From: Clostridiales bacterium
GTDB taxonomy: Bacteria; Bacillota; Clostridia; DUPQ01
Direction: 5' to 3'
DNA length: 64,000 bases
Assembly: GCA_023145435.1 (NCBI GenBank)
Contig: JAGLDS010000005.1
Location: 33,715 to 97,714, forward strand
Positions within the stretch are counted from its first letter, which is position 1. Each line of letters opens with the position of its first letter. Below the pieces are notes generated by a model. That model was not told where the DNA came from. It saw nothing but the letters and a program-made list of their open reading frames with translations, and made no database searches. Of the stretch, positions 45,213 to 56,382 are shown one piece after another. Made by a program: the position numbers and the translations under genes.

Positions 45213-45924
45213 TGTAGTCAAAGGAATTTTAATAAAAAGTGTTGACTACAAAGAGAGTGATAAAATTATAACTTTATTAACTTTTGAGAATGGAAGAGTA
45301 ACCGCTATTGCAAAAGGGGTTAGGAAAAAAGGAGCAAAACTTTCATATGCTTCACAACTTCTTTTTTGCGGAGATTTTGAATTACTACAATCTCACAACC
45401 GTTTAATTCTTACAGGAGCGAATAGTAATATTGATTTGTCAGGTCTATCAAATAATTTAAAAAGATATTACTTTGCGGCTCATTATATTGATATTGCTCA
45501 ATCAATAATTATGGAAGAACAATCTGAGCCAAGTATAATGAAATTGTTACTAAATACTCTTTATATCTTGTCAAAAGGGAAAATAGATGAAAAATTATTA
45601 ACTATTTTATATGAATATAGAATGGTTATGCTAAACGGATTTGCACCTATTACAACACAATGTGTAATTTGTGGAAATCATGGGTTAGATATGAAGTTAT
45701 CTGTTGAACATGGTGGGGTTGTTTGTTGTTCTGCTGGAATGACCATTAGTAAAGATACAATAAAAGTAATTGATATTATTACGACATGTAGTGATAAGGA
45801 ACTATTTACATTAAGAGTTAACGAAGGGGTATTAAAAGAACTATATTTTACTTCAAGAAAATATATTGAAGGTGTATTTGATAGACAATTTACATTGGCA
45901 GAACAAGGGCTAAAATACGAATAA
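45202..45924 (+). CDS. recO: DNA repair protein RecO
   Basis: N-terminal OB region (GILIKSVDYKESDKIITLLT), CxxC...C zinc motif (CVICGN), and its position after era. Confidence 0.85.
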   Translation: MSLNVVKGILIKSVDYKESDKIITLLTFENGRVTAIAKGVRKKGAKLSYASQLLFCGDFELLQSHNRLILTGANSNIDLSGLSNNLKRYYFAAHYIDIAQSIIMEEQSEPSIMKLLLNTLYILSKGKIDEKLLTILYEYRMVMLNGFAPITTQCVICGNHGLDMKLSVEHGGVVCCSAGMTISKDTIKVIDIITTCSDKELFTLRVNEGVLKELYFTSRKYIEGVFDRQFTLAEQGLKYE

Positions 45925-45970
45925 TTCTACTATATATCAATGTTATCATTATAAAGTAACTAAATTAGTA

Positions 45971-45979
45971 TGGTATAAT
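45971..45979 (+). promoter_or_regulatory. Extended -10 promoter (TGgTATAAT) upstream of priA
   Basis: TGGTATAAT at 45971-45979, about 27 nt before the priA ATG. AGGAG RBS. Confidence 0.5.
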
Positions 45980-46005
45980 ATACACAGATAGAATTATTAG
46001 GAGAA

Positions 46006-48342
46006 ATGATGAAATTAGCCGCTCTTTTACTGGATAATACCACTAAGAATTTTGATAAAGTATATTACTATCTAGCACCTGCTAGACTTATTGATAAGTT
46101 GCTTACTGGTGTTAGAGTAACAATTCCTTTTGGTAAAGGGAATTCTTTACGTGTAGCTTATTTTTTATCTTTTATTGATGAACAAGTAGATTATAATTTA
46201 AAAAAAATTATAGCTATTGTTGATGAACAAAGTGTATTATCTCAAAATATGTTTAAATTAGCACAAAAAATAAGAAACAACTACTTTTGTACTTATTCAC
46301 AAGCAATTAATATTATGATTCCATCTGGGGCAAAAATGGTTCAAGAAAAATATGTATATAGTGAGGGAGTAAAAGTAAAACTAAGTGCTTATTGTAAACA
46401 ACATAAAAATATAGATTTTGACAAATTAACCATTGAAACTATTCAAAAAAAGAGAATTAATGTGAAAGTTTCTAAACATATTAAATTAGCTATTTCTATT
46501 GAAGAGGCAATTGATTTAATTGAGTCTTTTCAATTAAAAAATGAAAAACAAATTAGGTTACTTGAATTACTAGTTGATTATGAAGAGATGATGATAACTG
46601 ATTTACAAAATTATGAGAATATTTCTAGATCAATAATAAATACAATGGCTAATTATGGATATATAAATATTTATGATAAAGAAATAAAAAGAATTTATGA
46701 AGAGACTATTCATGAACCATACGAAGAACCAGCAAAACTAACCAATTTACAGAAAAAAGCTATAAATAAGCTATCATCTATAATACAAGCATCAAAATAT
46801 GATAAATACTTAATAAAAGGAGTTACAGGTAGTGGGAAAACAGAGATTTATCTTCAATTGGCAAAAAAAGCTATTAGCTTAGGAAAAGATGTTATTATAT
46901 TAGTTCCAGAAATATCATTAACACCTATGATGATAAGTAGATTTATGGGACGATTTGATAATAAAATAGCCGTTTTGCATAGCAAATTATCAGTTTTACA
47001 GAGATATGAAGAGTGGGGAAAAATCAAAAAAGGGCAAGTGAAAATTGCATTAGGTGCTAGGTCTTGTTTGTTTGCACCCTTTAACAATTTAGGTTTAATA
47101 ATTATTGACGAAGAACAAGAAACATCATATAAAAGCGATACAACTCCTAAGTATCATGCAGTTGATGTAGCTAATATGAGATGTCAAATTGAAAATAGCT
47201 TATTGTTATTAGGATCTGCGACACCATCAGTTGTAACTTATAATGTAATGAATAAATTAGGCAAAGTTATTACAATTGATGAACGAATTGCAAATGCCTC
47301 ATTACCACATGTTTCAGTGGTTGATATGAGAGAAGAAATAAAAAATGGTAAGCTACCTATATTCTCAGAACTTTTAATTAAAGAAATAAATAAAAACATA
47401 ATTAATAAAGAACAGACAATGCTATTTTTAAATAGAAGAGGATATAGTAGCTTATATGTATGTCATGATTGTGGAGAAACTATACAGTGTGATAACTGTG
47501 ACGTATCAATGACATATCATAAAAGCAGGCAACTAATGATATGTCATTATTGTGGAGCTACTAAAAAAGTAAGTAACATATGCCCATCATGTAATAGTAA
47601 TCAAATGAAAAAAGTAGGAGTTGGTACACAACAAATTGAAGAAGCTATTAGTCATCAATTTAAGGATGCTAGTATGATCCGAATGGATTTAGATACAACT
47701 GGATATAGAAATTCTCATGGAAAAATATTAAATAAATTCCAAAATGAAAAGATTGATATACTAATAGGAACACAAATGATTGCTAAGGGACATGATTTTA
47801 AAAATGTAACATTAGTTGGTATATTATCTGCTGATTCATTAACAAATGGATTTAGTATTTATGCTCAAGAGCGAGCTTTCCAGTTAATTACTCAAGCTGC
47901 AGGGCGAGCAGGAAGAGGGAGTATACCTGGGCGAGCTATTATTCAGGCATATGATATTGACAATCATGCAATTAAATGTGGAATAACACAAGATTATTAT
48001 GAATTCTATAATTATGAAATAGCACTTCGAAAGCAACTTGATTACCCTCCCTTTGGGATTATTGGAAAAATCATTATGACAGGGCTAAATGAGAAAAATA
48101 CTTTATATTGGACAAATAAAGCCAATGAATCATTGCAGTACTTAAAAGTTGATGTATCCTATACAGCTAAAGCTCCTATTGGGAAAATAAACAGAAAATA
48201 TAGGTATAGAATAGTGGTTACTGGGAATAATTATATAGTAATTATAAAAAAATTAAAAATATTCTATAATCATATATACAAAAAGTTACCAAGTGATGTA
48301 AAATGTTCAATAGATATTGATGGAAATTATTTAAAAAAGTAA
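46006..48342 (+). CDS. priA: Primosomal replication restart helicase PriA
   Basis: GVTGSGKT Walker A, IIDEEQ (DExx), Cys-rich zinc region CHDCGETIQCDNCDVSMTYH...CHYCG...CPSC. Confidence 0.93.
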   Translation: MMKLAALLLDNTTKNFDKVYYYLAPARLIDKLLTGVRVTIPFGKGNSLRVAYFLSFIDEQVDYNLKKIIAIVDEQSVLSQNMFKLAQKIRNNYFCTYSQAINIMIPSGAKMVQEKYVYSEGVKVKLSAYCKQHKNIDFDKLTIETIQKKRINVKVSKHIKLAISIEEAIDLIESFQLKNEKQIRLLELLVDYEEMMITDLQNYENISRSIINTMANYGYINIYDKEIKRIYEETIHEPYEEPAKLTNLQKKAINKLSSIIQASKYDKYLIKGVTGSGKTEIYLQLAKKAISLGKDVIILVPEISLTPMMISRFMGRFDNKIAVLHSKLSVLQRYEEWGKIKKGQVKIALGARSCLFAPFNNLGLIIIDEEQETSYKSDTTPKYHAVDVANMRCQIENSLLLLGSATPSVVTYNVMNKLGKVITIDERIANASLPHVSVVDMREEIKNGKLPIFSELLIKEINKNIINKEQTMLFLNRRGYSSLYVCHDCGETIQCDNCDVSMTYHKSRQLMICHYCGATKKVSNICPSCNSNQMKKVGVGTQQIEEAISHQFKDASMIRMDLDTTGYRNSHGKILNKFQNEKIDILIGTQMIAKGHDFKNVTLVGILSADSLTNGFSIYAQERAFQLITQAAGRAGRGSIPGRAIIQAYDIDNHAIKCGITQDYYEFYNYEIALRKQLDYPPFGIIGKIIMTGLNEKNTLYWTNKANESLQYLKVDVSYTAKAPIGKINRKYRYRIVVTGNNYIVIIKKLKIFYNHIYKKLPSDVKCSIDIDGNYLKK

Positions 48343-48353
48343 AGGTGTAAAAA

Positions 48354-48845
48354 ATGGCAATTAGAAACATACGAACTGAAGAAGATAATATATTAAGAAA
48401 AAAATCACGTGAAGTAACCAAGTTTGATAAGCGTTTAAATCAACTCCTTGATGATATGGCAGAAACCATGTACGCAGCGCCTGGTATTGGATTAGCTGGA
48501 GTACAAGTAGGTACATTAAAAAGGGTTGCTGTAATTGATATTGGAGAAAATTTAATTGAACTAATAAACGGTAAAGTAATCAAGGAAGAAGGAACACAAG
48601 TTGAAATTGAAGGGTGCTTATCTATTCCTGATGTTTATGGAAAAGTTGAGAGACCCGAAAAAGTCACTGTGTCATATTTGGACCGGGATGGCGTTCATAA
48701 TGAAATATATGCAGAAGGCTTATTAGCTGTGGCTCTAAGCCATGAAATTGATCATTTTGATGGCATATTATTTAGGGATAAAGTAATTGAATATATTGAC
48801 TTAGAAAACGTTGAAGATGAGGAGCAGGAAAATCAGCAACTTTAA
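48354..48845 (+). CDS. def: Peptide deformylase
   Basis: GIGLAGVQVG, EGCLS, HEIDH motifs. Confidence 0.93.
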   Translation: MAIRNIRTEEDNILRKKSREVTKFDKRLNQLLDDMAETMYAAPGIGLAGVQVGTLKRVAVIDIGENLIELINGKVIKEEGTQVEIEGCLSIPDVYGKVERPEKVTVSYLDRDGVHNEIYAEGLLAVALSHEIDHFDGILFRDKVIEYIDLENVEDEEQENQQL

Positions 48846-49767
48846 AATTATTTTCATGGGAACACCTTCATTTGCTGTTCCAGTACTTAATGCACTATTA
48901 TCAAATGGCTATAATGTAGTAGCTTGTGTGACACAACCTGATAGAAAAAGAGGTAGAGGGGGAACGATCACATATAGTGAAGTAAAAAAAGTAGCATTAA
49001 AAAACAATATTAGTGTATTACAACCAGAGCGAATAAAAAACAAAGAGGTAATAGACCAATTAATTAAAACGGGTGCAAACTTGTTTATTACTTGTGCATA
49101 TGGACAGATACTTTCACAAAGAGTGCTTGATGTTCCTACATATGGATGTATTAATGTTCATGCATCACTGTTGCCAAAATATCGTGGAGCAGCACCAATA
49201 CACCGTGCGATTTTACAAGGAGAAAAAACAACTGGTATAACAACTATGATGACTGATATTGGGATGGATACAGGAGATATATTAGAAAAAAGAGAAATTA
49301 AAATAGAAGATAATATGACCGTTAATGAACTACACGACGCGCTATCATTAGTTGGAAGTGAATTATTAGTAAAAACATTACAAAAATATGAAAACAACTC
49401 ACTTAATAGAAAATCACAAGATGGGGAAAAAGCTACATATGCACCAATGTTAAAAAAAGAAGATGGAATAATCAATTGGTTTAAAAGCAGTTTAGATATT
49501 CACAATCAAATTAGAGGGCTATATCCATGGCCTGGTTGTTATACAACTCTAAAAGGAAAGCGAGTAAAAATTGTGAAAGCAAATTACTCCACTAAAACTA
49601 GTGATTTACATCCTGGAACAATTATAATATCATCTAAAGAAAAAATTGAAGTAGCTTGTTTAAAAGGCACTATAAATATTTTGATATTACAATTTGATAA
49701 TAAACAGCAGATGGCTGTAGAAAAGTGTTATCATAATATAACTAAGGGAAGCGTATTGGGTGAATAA
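48811..49767 (+). CDS. fmt: Methionyl-tRNA formyltransferase
   Basis: IIFMGTPSFAV and HASLLPKYRGAAPI. The start is ambiguous (TTG 48811 or ATG 48817), and both overlap the def 3' end. Confidence 0.9.
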   Translation: MKMRSRKISNFKIIFMGTPSFAVPVLNALLSNGYNVVACVTQPDRKRGRGGTITYSEVKKVALKNNISVLQPERIKNKEVIDQLIKTGANLFITCAYGQILSQRVLDVPTYGCINVHASLLPKYRGAAPIHRAILQGEKTTGITTMMTDIGMDTGDILEKREIKIEDNMTVNELHDALSLVGSELLVKTLQKYENNSLNRKSQDGEKATYAPMLKKEDGIINWFKSSLDIHNQIRGLYPWPGCYTTLKGKRVKIVKANYSTKTSDLHPGTIIISSKEKIEVACLKGTINILILQFDNKQQMAVEKCYHNITKGSVLGE

Positions 49768-49770
49768 AGC

Positions 49771-50457
49771 ATGATATATGGTATCGATTTGACTTATATT
49801 ATATTAATAATTCCTGCATTACTATTATCAATGTGGGCACAATTACATGTTCAAAAAACCTATAAAAGTTATTCAGTAATTGACAACAAAAAAAGATATA
49901 CAGGTGCAGATGTAGCAAGGAGAATTCTTGATATTAATAACTTGCTTAATGTTTCTGTAAATAAAACTGGAGGGAAATTAACAGATAATTATAATCCTAA
50001 TAAAAAAGAGATTAATTTATCAATGGATGTATATCAGTCTACATCACTTTCAGCCATTGGTGTAGCCGCTCATGAAGCTGGACATGCCATACAATATAAA
50101 GAGAAATATCAACCACTACTAATAAGAAAAATCTTGTTACCAGTTGCTTCAGTGGGTTCAAGTATTGGACCATGGTTAATAATTGGTGGAATACTTTTAT
50201 CATTATCGCAGTTAACTACAATCGGAATTGTTTTGTTTTCTTTAGCTGTAGCATTTTATCTAATAACACTACCAATAGAGTTTAATGCTTCAAAAAGAGC
50301 GATTGATATTCTATCTTCATCAGAAATACTTGAAAATTATGAATTAGTACCTGTGAAGAGAGTGTTAAGAGCAGCCTCACTAACTTATGTAGCGTCAGCA
50401 CTTACAGCAATTTTATCATTAGTTAGATTGCTATTGCTTTCAAGGAAAAGACGATGA
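49771..50457 (+). CDS. Membrane zinc metallopeptidase (YugP-like, PF04298-type)
   Basis: HEAGHAIQ zinc motif flanked by TM helices. Confidence 0.8.
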   Translation: MIYGIDLTYIILIIPALLLSMWAQLHVQKTYKSYSVIDNKKRYTGADVARRILDINNLLNVSVNKTGGKLTDNYNPNKKEINLSMDVYQSTSLSAIGVAAHEAGHAIQYKEKYQPLLIRKILLPVASVGSSIGPWLIIGGILLSLSQLTTIGIVLFSLAVAFYLITLPIEFNASKRAIDILSSSEILENYELVPVKRVLRAASLTYVASALTAILSLVRLLLLSRKRR

Positions 50458-51731
50458 AAACAAGAGAAATTGCTTACCATGCTTTATTTGATGTTTTAAT
50501 TGAAAAAAAATATTCAAATTATGTTTTAGAGCAAGCATTAAATAGAGGAGATTTATCAGATAAAGACAGAAGATTAGTAGCAATAATTGTTATGGGAACG
50601 TTGCAAAATTATCTATATCTTATACAAATAATTAAGGAGCTTTCATTAATTCCTTTTAGTAAAATAAAACAAAAAACTAGAATCATCTTAGCAATTGGAC
50701 TTTATCAAATAATGTTTTTAACAAAAGTACCAGCTTATGCAATTGTGAATGAAAGTGTTAATTTAGTTAGTAAAGTTGCAGATAAGAGGGCAAAAGCTTT
50801 TGTAAATGGTATTTTACGAAAAGCTGTAGACTATAAGGATAAACAAGAAGATTTTCTTAAAAATTTATCTAAGAAAGAATATTTATCAATAAAGTACTCA
50901 TTTAATATGGATATAATTCATCAACTAATTAGCACCTATGGATATGATAAAACAGAAAAACTATTACAAAACATGAATAACTATAAAAAAACATGTATTC
51001 GTGTTAATACAATGAAAATATCAGTTGATGAAGTTGTTAAACAGCTAACTAATGATGGGTTTGTTATTAAAAGAAGTACAATTGATGAAGGCTTATATAT
51101 AAGTGGCAACTTAAACCCTACTCACCATGAGTGGTATAAAAAAGGTTACTATACATTAATGGATATTGGTGCAATGAAAGTTGTTAAGCAAATGGAACCA
51201 GTAGTTGGAAGTACTATTTTAGATGGATGTGCATCACCTGGGGGTAAAACTACTTACTTATCTCAATTAATTTATAATCAGGGAAATATCTTAGCATGTG
51301 ATATCCATGAAACTCGATTATCACTTCTACAAGAAAATGTAAAAAGAATGGGAAGTACAAATGTAATTTGTGAATTAAGAGACTTAACAAAACTACAACT
51401 AGATTTAATAGATAAGTTTGATCAAATTCTAATAGATGTTCCTTGCTCAGGAATTGGTGTTTCAATTAAAAGACCAGAAATAAAATTAAATTATGAATAT
51501 AACCAAGACTTAATTGATACACAAAAAAGTATATTATTACAAGCGTCTAAATATGTAGCACCTTTAGGGAAGATAACATATGCTACTTGTACTTTACTAG
51601 CATGTGAGAATGAAGGAATATTGAATTGGTTTGTTAAAAATAATGATTTTACAATAAAAAAAATGGAATATATAATGCCAAATGAAGAACAAATGGGGTT
51701 CTTCTATGGCGTGTTGGAGAAAAAAGTATGA
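50454..51731 (+). CDS. rsmB: 16S rRNA (cytosine-C5)-methyltransferase RsmB
   Basis: NusB-like N-domain, DGCASPGGKT SAM motif, DVPCSG catalytic Cys motif and a second Cys in ATCT. Confidence 0.88.
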   Translation: MKTREIAYHALFDVLIEKKYSNYVLEQALNRGDLSDKDRRLVAIIVMGTLQNYLYLIQIIKELSLIPFSKIKQKTRIILAIGLYQIMFLTKVPAYAIVNESVNLVSKVADKRAKAFVNGILRKAVDYKDKQEDFLKNLSKKEYLSIKYSFNMDIIHQLISTYGYDKTEKLLQNMNNYKKTCIRVNTMKISVDEVVKQLTNDGFVIKRSTIDEGLYISGNLNPTHHEWYKKGYYTLMDIGAMKVVKQMEPVVGSTILDGCASPGGKTTYLSQLIYNQGNILACDIHETRLSLLQENVKRMGSTNVICELRDLTKLQLDLIDKFDQILIDVPCSGIGVSIKRPEIKLNYEYNQDLIDTQKSILLQASKYVAPLGKITYATCTLLACENEGILNWFVKNNDFTIKKMEYIMPNEEQMGFFYGVLEKKV

Positions 51732-52756
51732 AAGATATATATAATGTAACTTATGAACAATTAAACACATTTTTTACTGAGAATGGCATTTCTAAATTTA
51801 AAACAAAGCAGGTTTATGATTGGTTATATAAAAAAGGAGTAACATCTTTTGAAAAAATGACCAACTTATCAAAAAGTGATAGAGAATTATTGAAAAAAGA
51901 ATATACAATAGGTTTATTATCATTAAAAAATCAATTAACTTCAAATGATGGAACGAACAAATTTCTATTTGAATTAGATGATCATCAATTAATAGAAACT
52001 GTTCTAATGGAATACAAGTATGGACTATCAATTTGTATATCAAGTCAGGTAGGATGTAAAATGGGATGTGACTTTTGTGCCTCTGCTAAAGCTGGGTTTG
52101 CAAGAGATTTGACAGCTGGCGAAATGATTGCACAAATCATGACAGTTAATAAAGTGACTAATCAACAAATCGATAGAGTAGTAGTTATGGGGATTGGAGA
52201 ACCTTTTGACAATTTTGATAATTTTATTAAGTTTATTGCAATTGTAAATGATCATCGAGGTCTGATGATTGGTGGAAGAAAATTGACGGTATCTACTTGT
52301 GGGATAGTACCGAAAATTTATCAATTTGCTGATTTACATTTACAGGTAAATCTATCAATTTCACTACATGAAGTAGCAGATGATATAAGAAGTAGTATAA
52401 TGCCTATTAATAAAAAATATCCAATTAATGAACTTATTGAATCATGTAAATATTATATTGAAAAAACAAATAGAAGAATATCATTTGAATATGCATTAAT
52501 AGGGGGATTAAATGATGATGAAACACATGCATTAGCTTTATCTAAGCTACTAAAAGATATGTTATGTTATGTAAATGTAATCCCTATAAACAAGATACAA
52601 GGAGGTAACTATAATCTCCGCAAAATAGAGAATATTGAAAAATTTTGTGGTATACTAAGGGAAAATGGATTGATGGTTACTGTCAGAAGAGAGTTAGGGA
52701 ATGATATTAATGCTTCATGTGGACAGTTAAGAAGGAGCCAAATTAATGAAGTTTAA
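51728..52756 (+). CDS. rlmN: 23S rRNA/tRNA (adenine-C2)-methyltransferase RlmN (radical SAM)
   Basis: CKMGCDFCAS cluster, MGIGEP, and the C-terminal catalytic Cys in ASCGQL. Confidence 0.92.
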   Translation: MKDIYNVTYEQLNTFFTENGISKFKTKQVYDWLYKKGVTSFEKMTNLSKSDRELLKKEYTIGLLSLKNQLTSNDGTNKFLFELDDHQLIETVLMEYKYGLSICISSQVGCKMGCDFCASAKAGFARDLTAGEMIAQIMTVNKVTNQQIDRVVVMGIGEPFDNFDNFIKFIAIVNDHRGLMIGGRKLTVSTCGIVPKIYQFADLHLQVNLSISLHEVADDIRSSIMPINKKYPINELIESCKYYIEKTNRRISFEYALIGGLNDDETHALALSKLLKDMLCYVNVIPINKIQGGNYNLRKIENIEKFCGILRENGLMVTVRRELGNDINASCGQLRRSQINEV

Positions 52757-53462
52757 TGCCAGTACAGATATTGGAAAAGTTAAAGAAAATAACGAAGATA
52801 ATTTACTAACAATATCAAATGATTCCATTAGTGTTTTTGCCGTTGCAGATGGTATGGGTGGACATGATTTTGGTGAAGAGGCGTCACTAATCGCAATTAC
52901 ATTTATTGAAAATAATTTTAACGAATTTTTAAAGAAAAAAAACATTAAAAAAGAAATACAAAATATGTTTTTAACAATTAATCAATTGATTTATAAAACA
53001 GGTATTTCTAAAAATGCGCAAAATGGTATGGGAACCACGTTGACTCTTGCAATTATAATAGATGAAATTTTATTTGTTGGACACATAGGTGATTCTCGTT
53101 GCTATATTATTAATAATGAGATAATACAATTAACAAAGGATCATTCATATGTTGAACAATTAATTGATAAAGGAATGATTACAAAATTACAAGCAAAAAC
53201 ACATCCAAAGAAAAATATTATAACTAGAGCTTTAGGAACGATGAAAAATATTGAAGTTGATATTGTAGAGTATCAGCTTGAAAAAAGTGATTCGATTATG
53301 TTATGTACAGATGGATTATCAAACTTACTAGATGATAATGAGATGAAAAATATTATTAATAAAACCGATTTATTAAAAAATGCAAATGTAGAAATGGTGA
53401 AACTTGCAAATAATAGGGGTGGATTTGATAATATTACAGTTATAGTAGTAAGAAACAATTAA
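52746..53462 (+). CDS. prpC: PP2C-family Ser/Thr protein phosphatase (PrpC/Stp type)
   Basis: VADGMGGH, GTTL, CTDGL, DNITVIVV motifs. Precedes the kinase. Confidence 0.9.
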   Translation: MKFNASTDIGKVKENNEDNLLTISNDSISVFAVADGMGGHDFGEEASLIAITFIENNFNEFLKKKNIKKEIQNMFLTINQLIYKTGISKNAQNGMGTTLTLAIIIDEILFVGHIGDSRCYIINNEIIQLTKDHSYVEQLIDKGMITKLQAKTHPKKNIITRALGTMKNIEVDIVEYQLEKSDSIMLCTDGLSNLLDDNEMKNIINKTDLLKNANVEMVKLANNRGGFDNITVIVVRNN

Positions 53463-53474
53463 CGGAGGAAATTT

Positions 53475-55493
53475 ATGGAAGGAATTATTCTAGGAAATCG
53501 TTATCAATTGATGAATAAAATAGGGTCAGGTGGAATGGCCCATGTTTATAAAGCACTTGATCTGACGTTAGATAGAATTGTTGCTATTAAGATTTTAAAA
53601 GAAGAATTTTTAGATGACGAAGAGTTTGTCAAACGCTTTCATGCAGAAGCACAGTCAGTTGCCAAACTTTCTAACCCAAATATCGTAGGAGTTTTTGATG
53701 TAGCCTTAGAAGAAAAGTATCATTATATAGTGATGGAATATATAGAAGGGGTTGCTTTAAGTGAATATATAACGAGCAAAGTGGTTTTAAGTGATGAAGA
53801 AGCTATGGGTATTGCTTTGCAAATATGTAAAGCACTTGTGCATGCTCATAAGAACAATATAGTTCATAGAGATATTAAACCACATAACATTCTATTAGCA
53901 AAAGATGGGGTTGTTAAAGTAGCTGATTTTGGAATAGCAAAAGCTACAAGTAATAAAACATTAACATTAAGTGGAAAAACCATTGGTTCTGTACATTATT
54001 TTTCACCTGAACAAGCGAGAGGTGGATTTGTTGATCAGAGATCTGATTTATATTCACTTGGTTGTGTAATGTATGAAATGGTTACTGGAAAGCTTCCTTA
54101 TGATGGAGAGACGCCTGTAGTAGTAGCTGTTAAACATCTTCAAGAACCAGTGAAAGATCCTACACTTCAGAATAAAGACGTTACAGAAGACACTAAAAAA
54201 ATGGTAATGAAAGCTATGGCAAAAAGTGTTGATGAGAGATACCAGTCAGCACTTGAATTTTTAGCAAATATAGAAGCCCACATGAAGGGAAAAGAATTAC
54301 CAAGTGAATTTAACTTATCACTAGATTTTGTTAATAAGAAAAACAACAAGAAAAGTGGAGTATACATTACAAAAGATTTTACACCAGTAAAAGATATAAA
54401 AGCAAAAAGAGAGGAGTATGATTTTTCTTTGAGTAAAAAAAGACAAAAAAAATACACATTCTCAAAATTGTTAGCAATTTTTTCAGCTGTGTTGCTAATA
54501 TTACTATTAAGTTTCTATGGAGTGAAAGAATTGATTACTACTATTATTCCAGAAATAGAGGAATATGAAGTAGGGAATTATGCTAATTTATATTATGATG
54601 ATATTAAAGAAAAACTAGAAAGTGAATTTGATATCATTACTGAGAAAAGAGAAGTTAATAATGATGAATATATAGAAGGTATTATTATTGAACAAGACAT
54701 AGCTCCTGGAATTAGATTTAAAGAGGGCGGATTTAATAAAATTCTATTTACAGTTAGTTTAGGACCAGAACTCATTGAAATTCAAGATTTTACTTCCTTT
54801 GATTATAGAATTGCTAATCATGATTTAACAGAATTAGGATTGGTGATTACAAAAAAAGAAATAATATCAAATGTAGTAGCCAAAGGTGGTATCGTAAGAA
54901 CTGACCCAGAAGCGGGAATGAAAGTAGCACCTGGAACTCCCATTACTGTATATGTTAGCTTAGGCCCGAATCTTGATGAAGTGGAAGTTCCTGAATTTAT
55001 TGGTATGAATCAAACTGAATTCTTTTTGGCAATTGATGATGCTAATTTGAAAGTTGGATCGATTTTCCCAAGTGATTTACAAAGCTTAACAGCTATAATT
55101 ATAGAGCAACATCCAACAGCTGGTGAATTTGTTTATGAAAATTCTGAAATCCATGTAAAATTCCAAGAAGAAAATATTGTGGGAAATAGAATATTAATTA
55201 ACTATTCAATTATTCCTGCTAATATTAATGAATTAGAGGGTAGCATTAAAGTATATGTTGAGATAAAACCAACAGATACTTTACAATATGAAATGATTTA
55301 TAATCAAAATCACGAAAAAAGCGAATTTCCAATTACCATTGAAATACCAATACCGGTAGATGGGAAAACGACACTAAAAGTAATCTTCAAGAATATATAC
55401 ACTGAATTAAAAGAATTATTATATGAAGATTATATGATTGAAGAACCATCACAATCCCCATTACCTACTCCTGATACAACAGGAGGTAATTAA
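53475..55493 (+). CDS. prkC: Ser/Thr protein kinase with extracellular PASTA repeats (PrkC type)
   Basis: GSGGMAHVYKA, HRDIKPHN, DFG, SPEQ. One TM helix, then about three PASTA-like repeats and a C-terminal beta domain. Confidence 0.92.
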   Translation: MEGIILGNRYQLMNKIGSGGMAHVYKALDLTLDRIVAIKILKEEFLDDEEFVKRFHAEAQSVAKLSNPNIVGVFDVALEEKYHYIVMEYIEGVALSEYITSKVVLSDEEAMGIALQICKALVHAHKNNIVHRDIKPHNILLAKDGVVKVADFGIAKATSNKTLTLSGKTIGSVHYFSPEQARGGFVDQRSDLYSLGCVMYEMVTGKLPYDGETPVVVAVKHLQEPVKDPTLQNKDVTEDTKKMVMKAMAKSVDERYQSALEFLANIEAHMKGKELPSEFNLSLDFVNKKNNKKSGVYITKDFTPVKDIKAKREEYDFSLSKKRQKKYTFSKLLAIFSAVLLILLLSFYGVKELITTIIPEIEEYEVGNYANLYYDDIKEKLESEFDIITEKREVNNDEYIEGIIIEQDIAPGIRFKEGGFNKILFTVSLGPELIEIQDFTSFDYRIANHDLTELGLVITKKEIISNVVAKGGIVRTDPEAGMKVAPGTPITVYVSLGPNLDEVEVPEFIGMNQTEFFLAIDDANLKVGSIFPSDLQSLTAIIIEQHPTAGEFVYENSEIHVKFQEENIVGNRILINYSIIPANINELEGSIKVYVEIKPTDTLQYEMIYNQNHEKSEFPITIEIPIPVDGKTTLKVIFKNIYTELKELLYEDYMIEEPSQSPLPTPDTTGGN

Positions 55494-56381
55494 TTGCCAG
55501 ATGGAATGATTACAAAAGGTGTTGGCGGCTTGTATACGGTTATCTCTGAAAAATGCGAGTACTTTTGCAAAGCGCGAGGATTATTTAGGAAAAATGATGA
55601 AAAACCTATTCCAGGTGATTGGGTAGAATTTAAAGTTACCAATGAACAACTAAAAGAGGGATATTTACTTAAAATTAAAAAACGAAAGAATTACTTGATA
55701 AGACCAGCTGTTGCTAACATCGATCAAGCAATTTTAGTAGTTTCTGTACTCGATCCTAAACCTGATTTATTATTGATTGATAAACTTATTTGTGTATGTG
55801 AAAGTAAAGACATCACACCAATTATTTGTATTAATAAGACAGATTTAGGTAGCAAACTTGAAGAAAGTGAAATTGCAAATCAATATATTCAAACAGGTTA
55901 TAAAATTATTTCTTGTAGTGTAAAAAACGAAAAGGGAATGGCATTGATTGATGAAATACTTCATGATAAAATTTCAGTTTTTGCAGGTCAATCAGGTGTG
56001 GGAAAATCGTCTATTTTAAATAGTATTATGAAAAAAGAAGTTATGGAAATAGGTGATATTTCAATAAAGATTGGAAGAGGGAAAAATACTACAAGACATG
56101 CTGAATTTATCAGTATACATGGAGGATACCTAGTAGATACTCCTGGTTTTTCTAGTTTTGAACCACAATTATTTTCACCTAATCAATTAAAAGAATTATA
56201 TGTTGAATTTCAACAATTTGAAAACACTTGTCGTTTTTCTGGGTGTATACATATTAATGAACCAGATTGCGCGGTGAAAAATGCTGTGAAAAGTGGTAAA
56301 ATAAGCATGGAGAGACATAAAAGATATACAACTATATATGAAATAATAAAGCAAGTTAAGAAAGAAAAAAGAGGATACTAG
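55494..56381 (+). CDS. rsgA: Ribosome small-subunit biogenesis GTPase RsgA
   Basis: Circularly permuted GTPase: NKTD precedes GQSGVGKSS, then DTPG and a C-terminal Cys zinc motif (CRFSGCIHINEPDC). TTG start 7 nt after AGGAGG. Confidence 0.9.
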   Translation: MPDGMITKGVGGLYTVISEKCEYFCKARGLFRKNDEKPIPGDWVEFKVTNEQLKEGYLLKIKKRKNYLIRPAVANIDQAILVVSVLDPKPDLLLIDKLICVCESKDITPIICINKTDLGSKLEESEIANQYIQTGYKIISCSVKNEKGMALIDEILHDKISVFAGQSGVGKSSILNSIMKKEVMEIGDISIKIGRGKNTTRHAEFISIHGGYLVDTPGFSSFEPQLFSPNQLKELYVEFQQFENTCRFSGCIHINEPDCAVKNAVKSGKISMERHKRYTTIYEIIKQVKKEKRGY

Positions 56382-56382
56382 T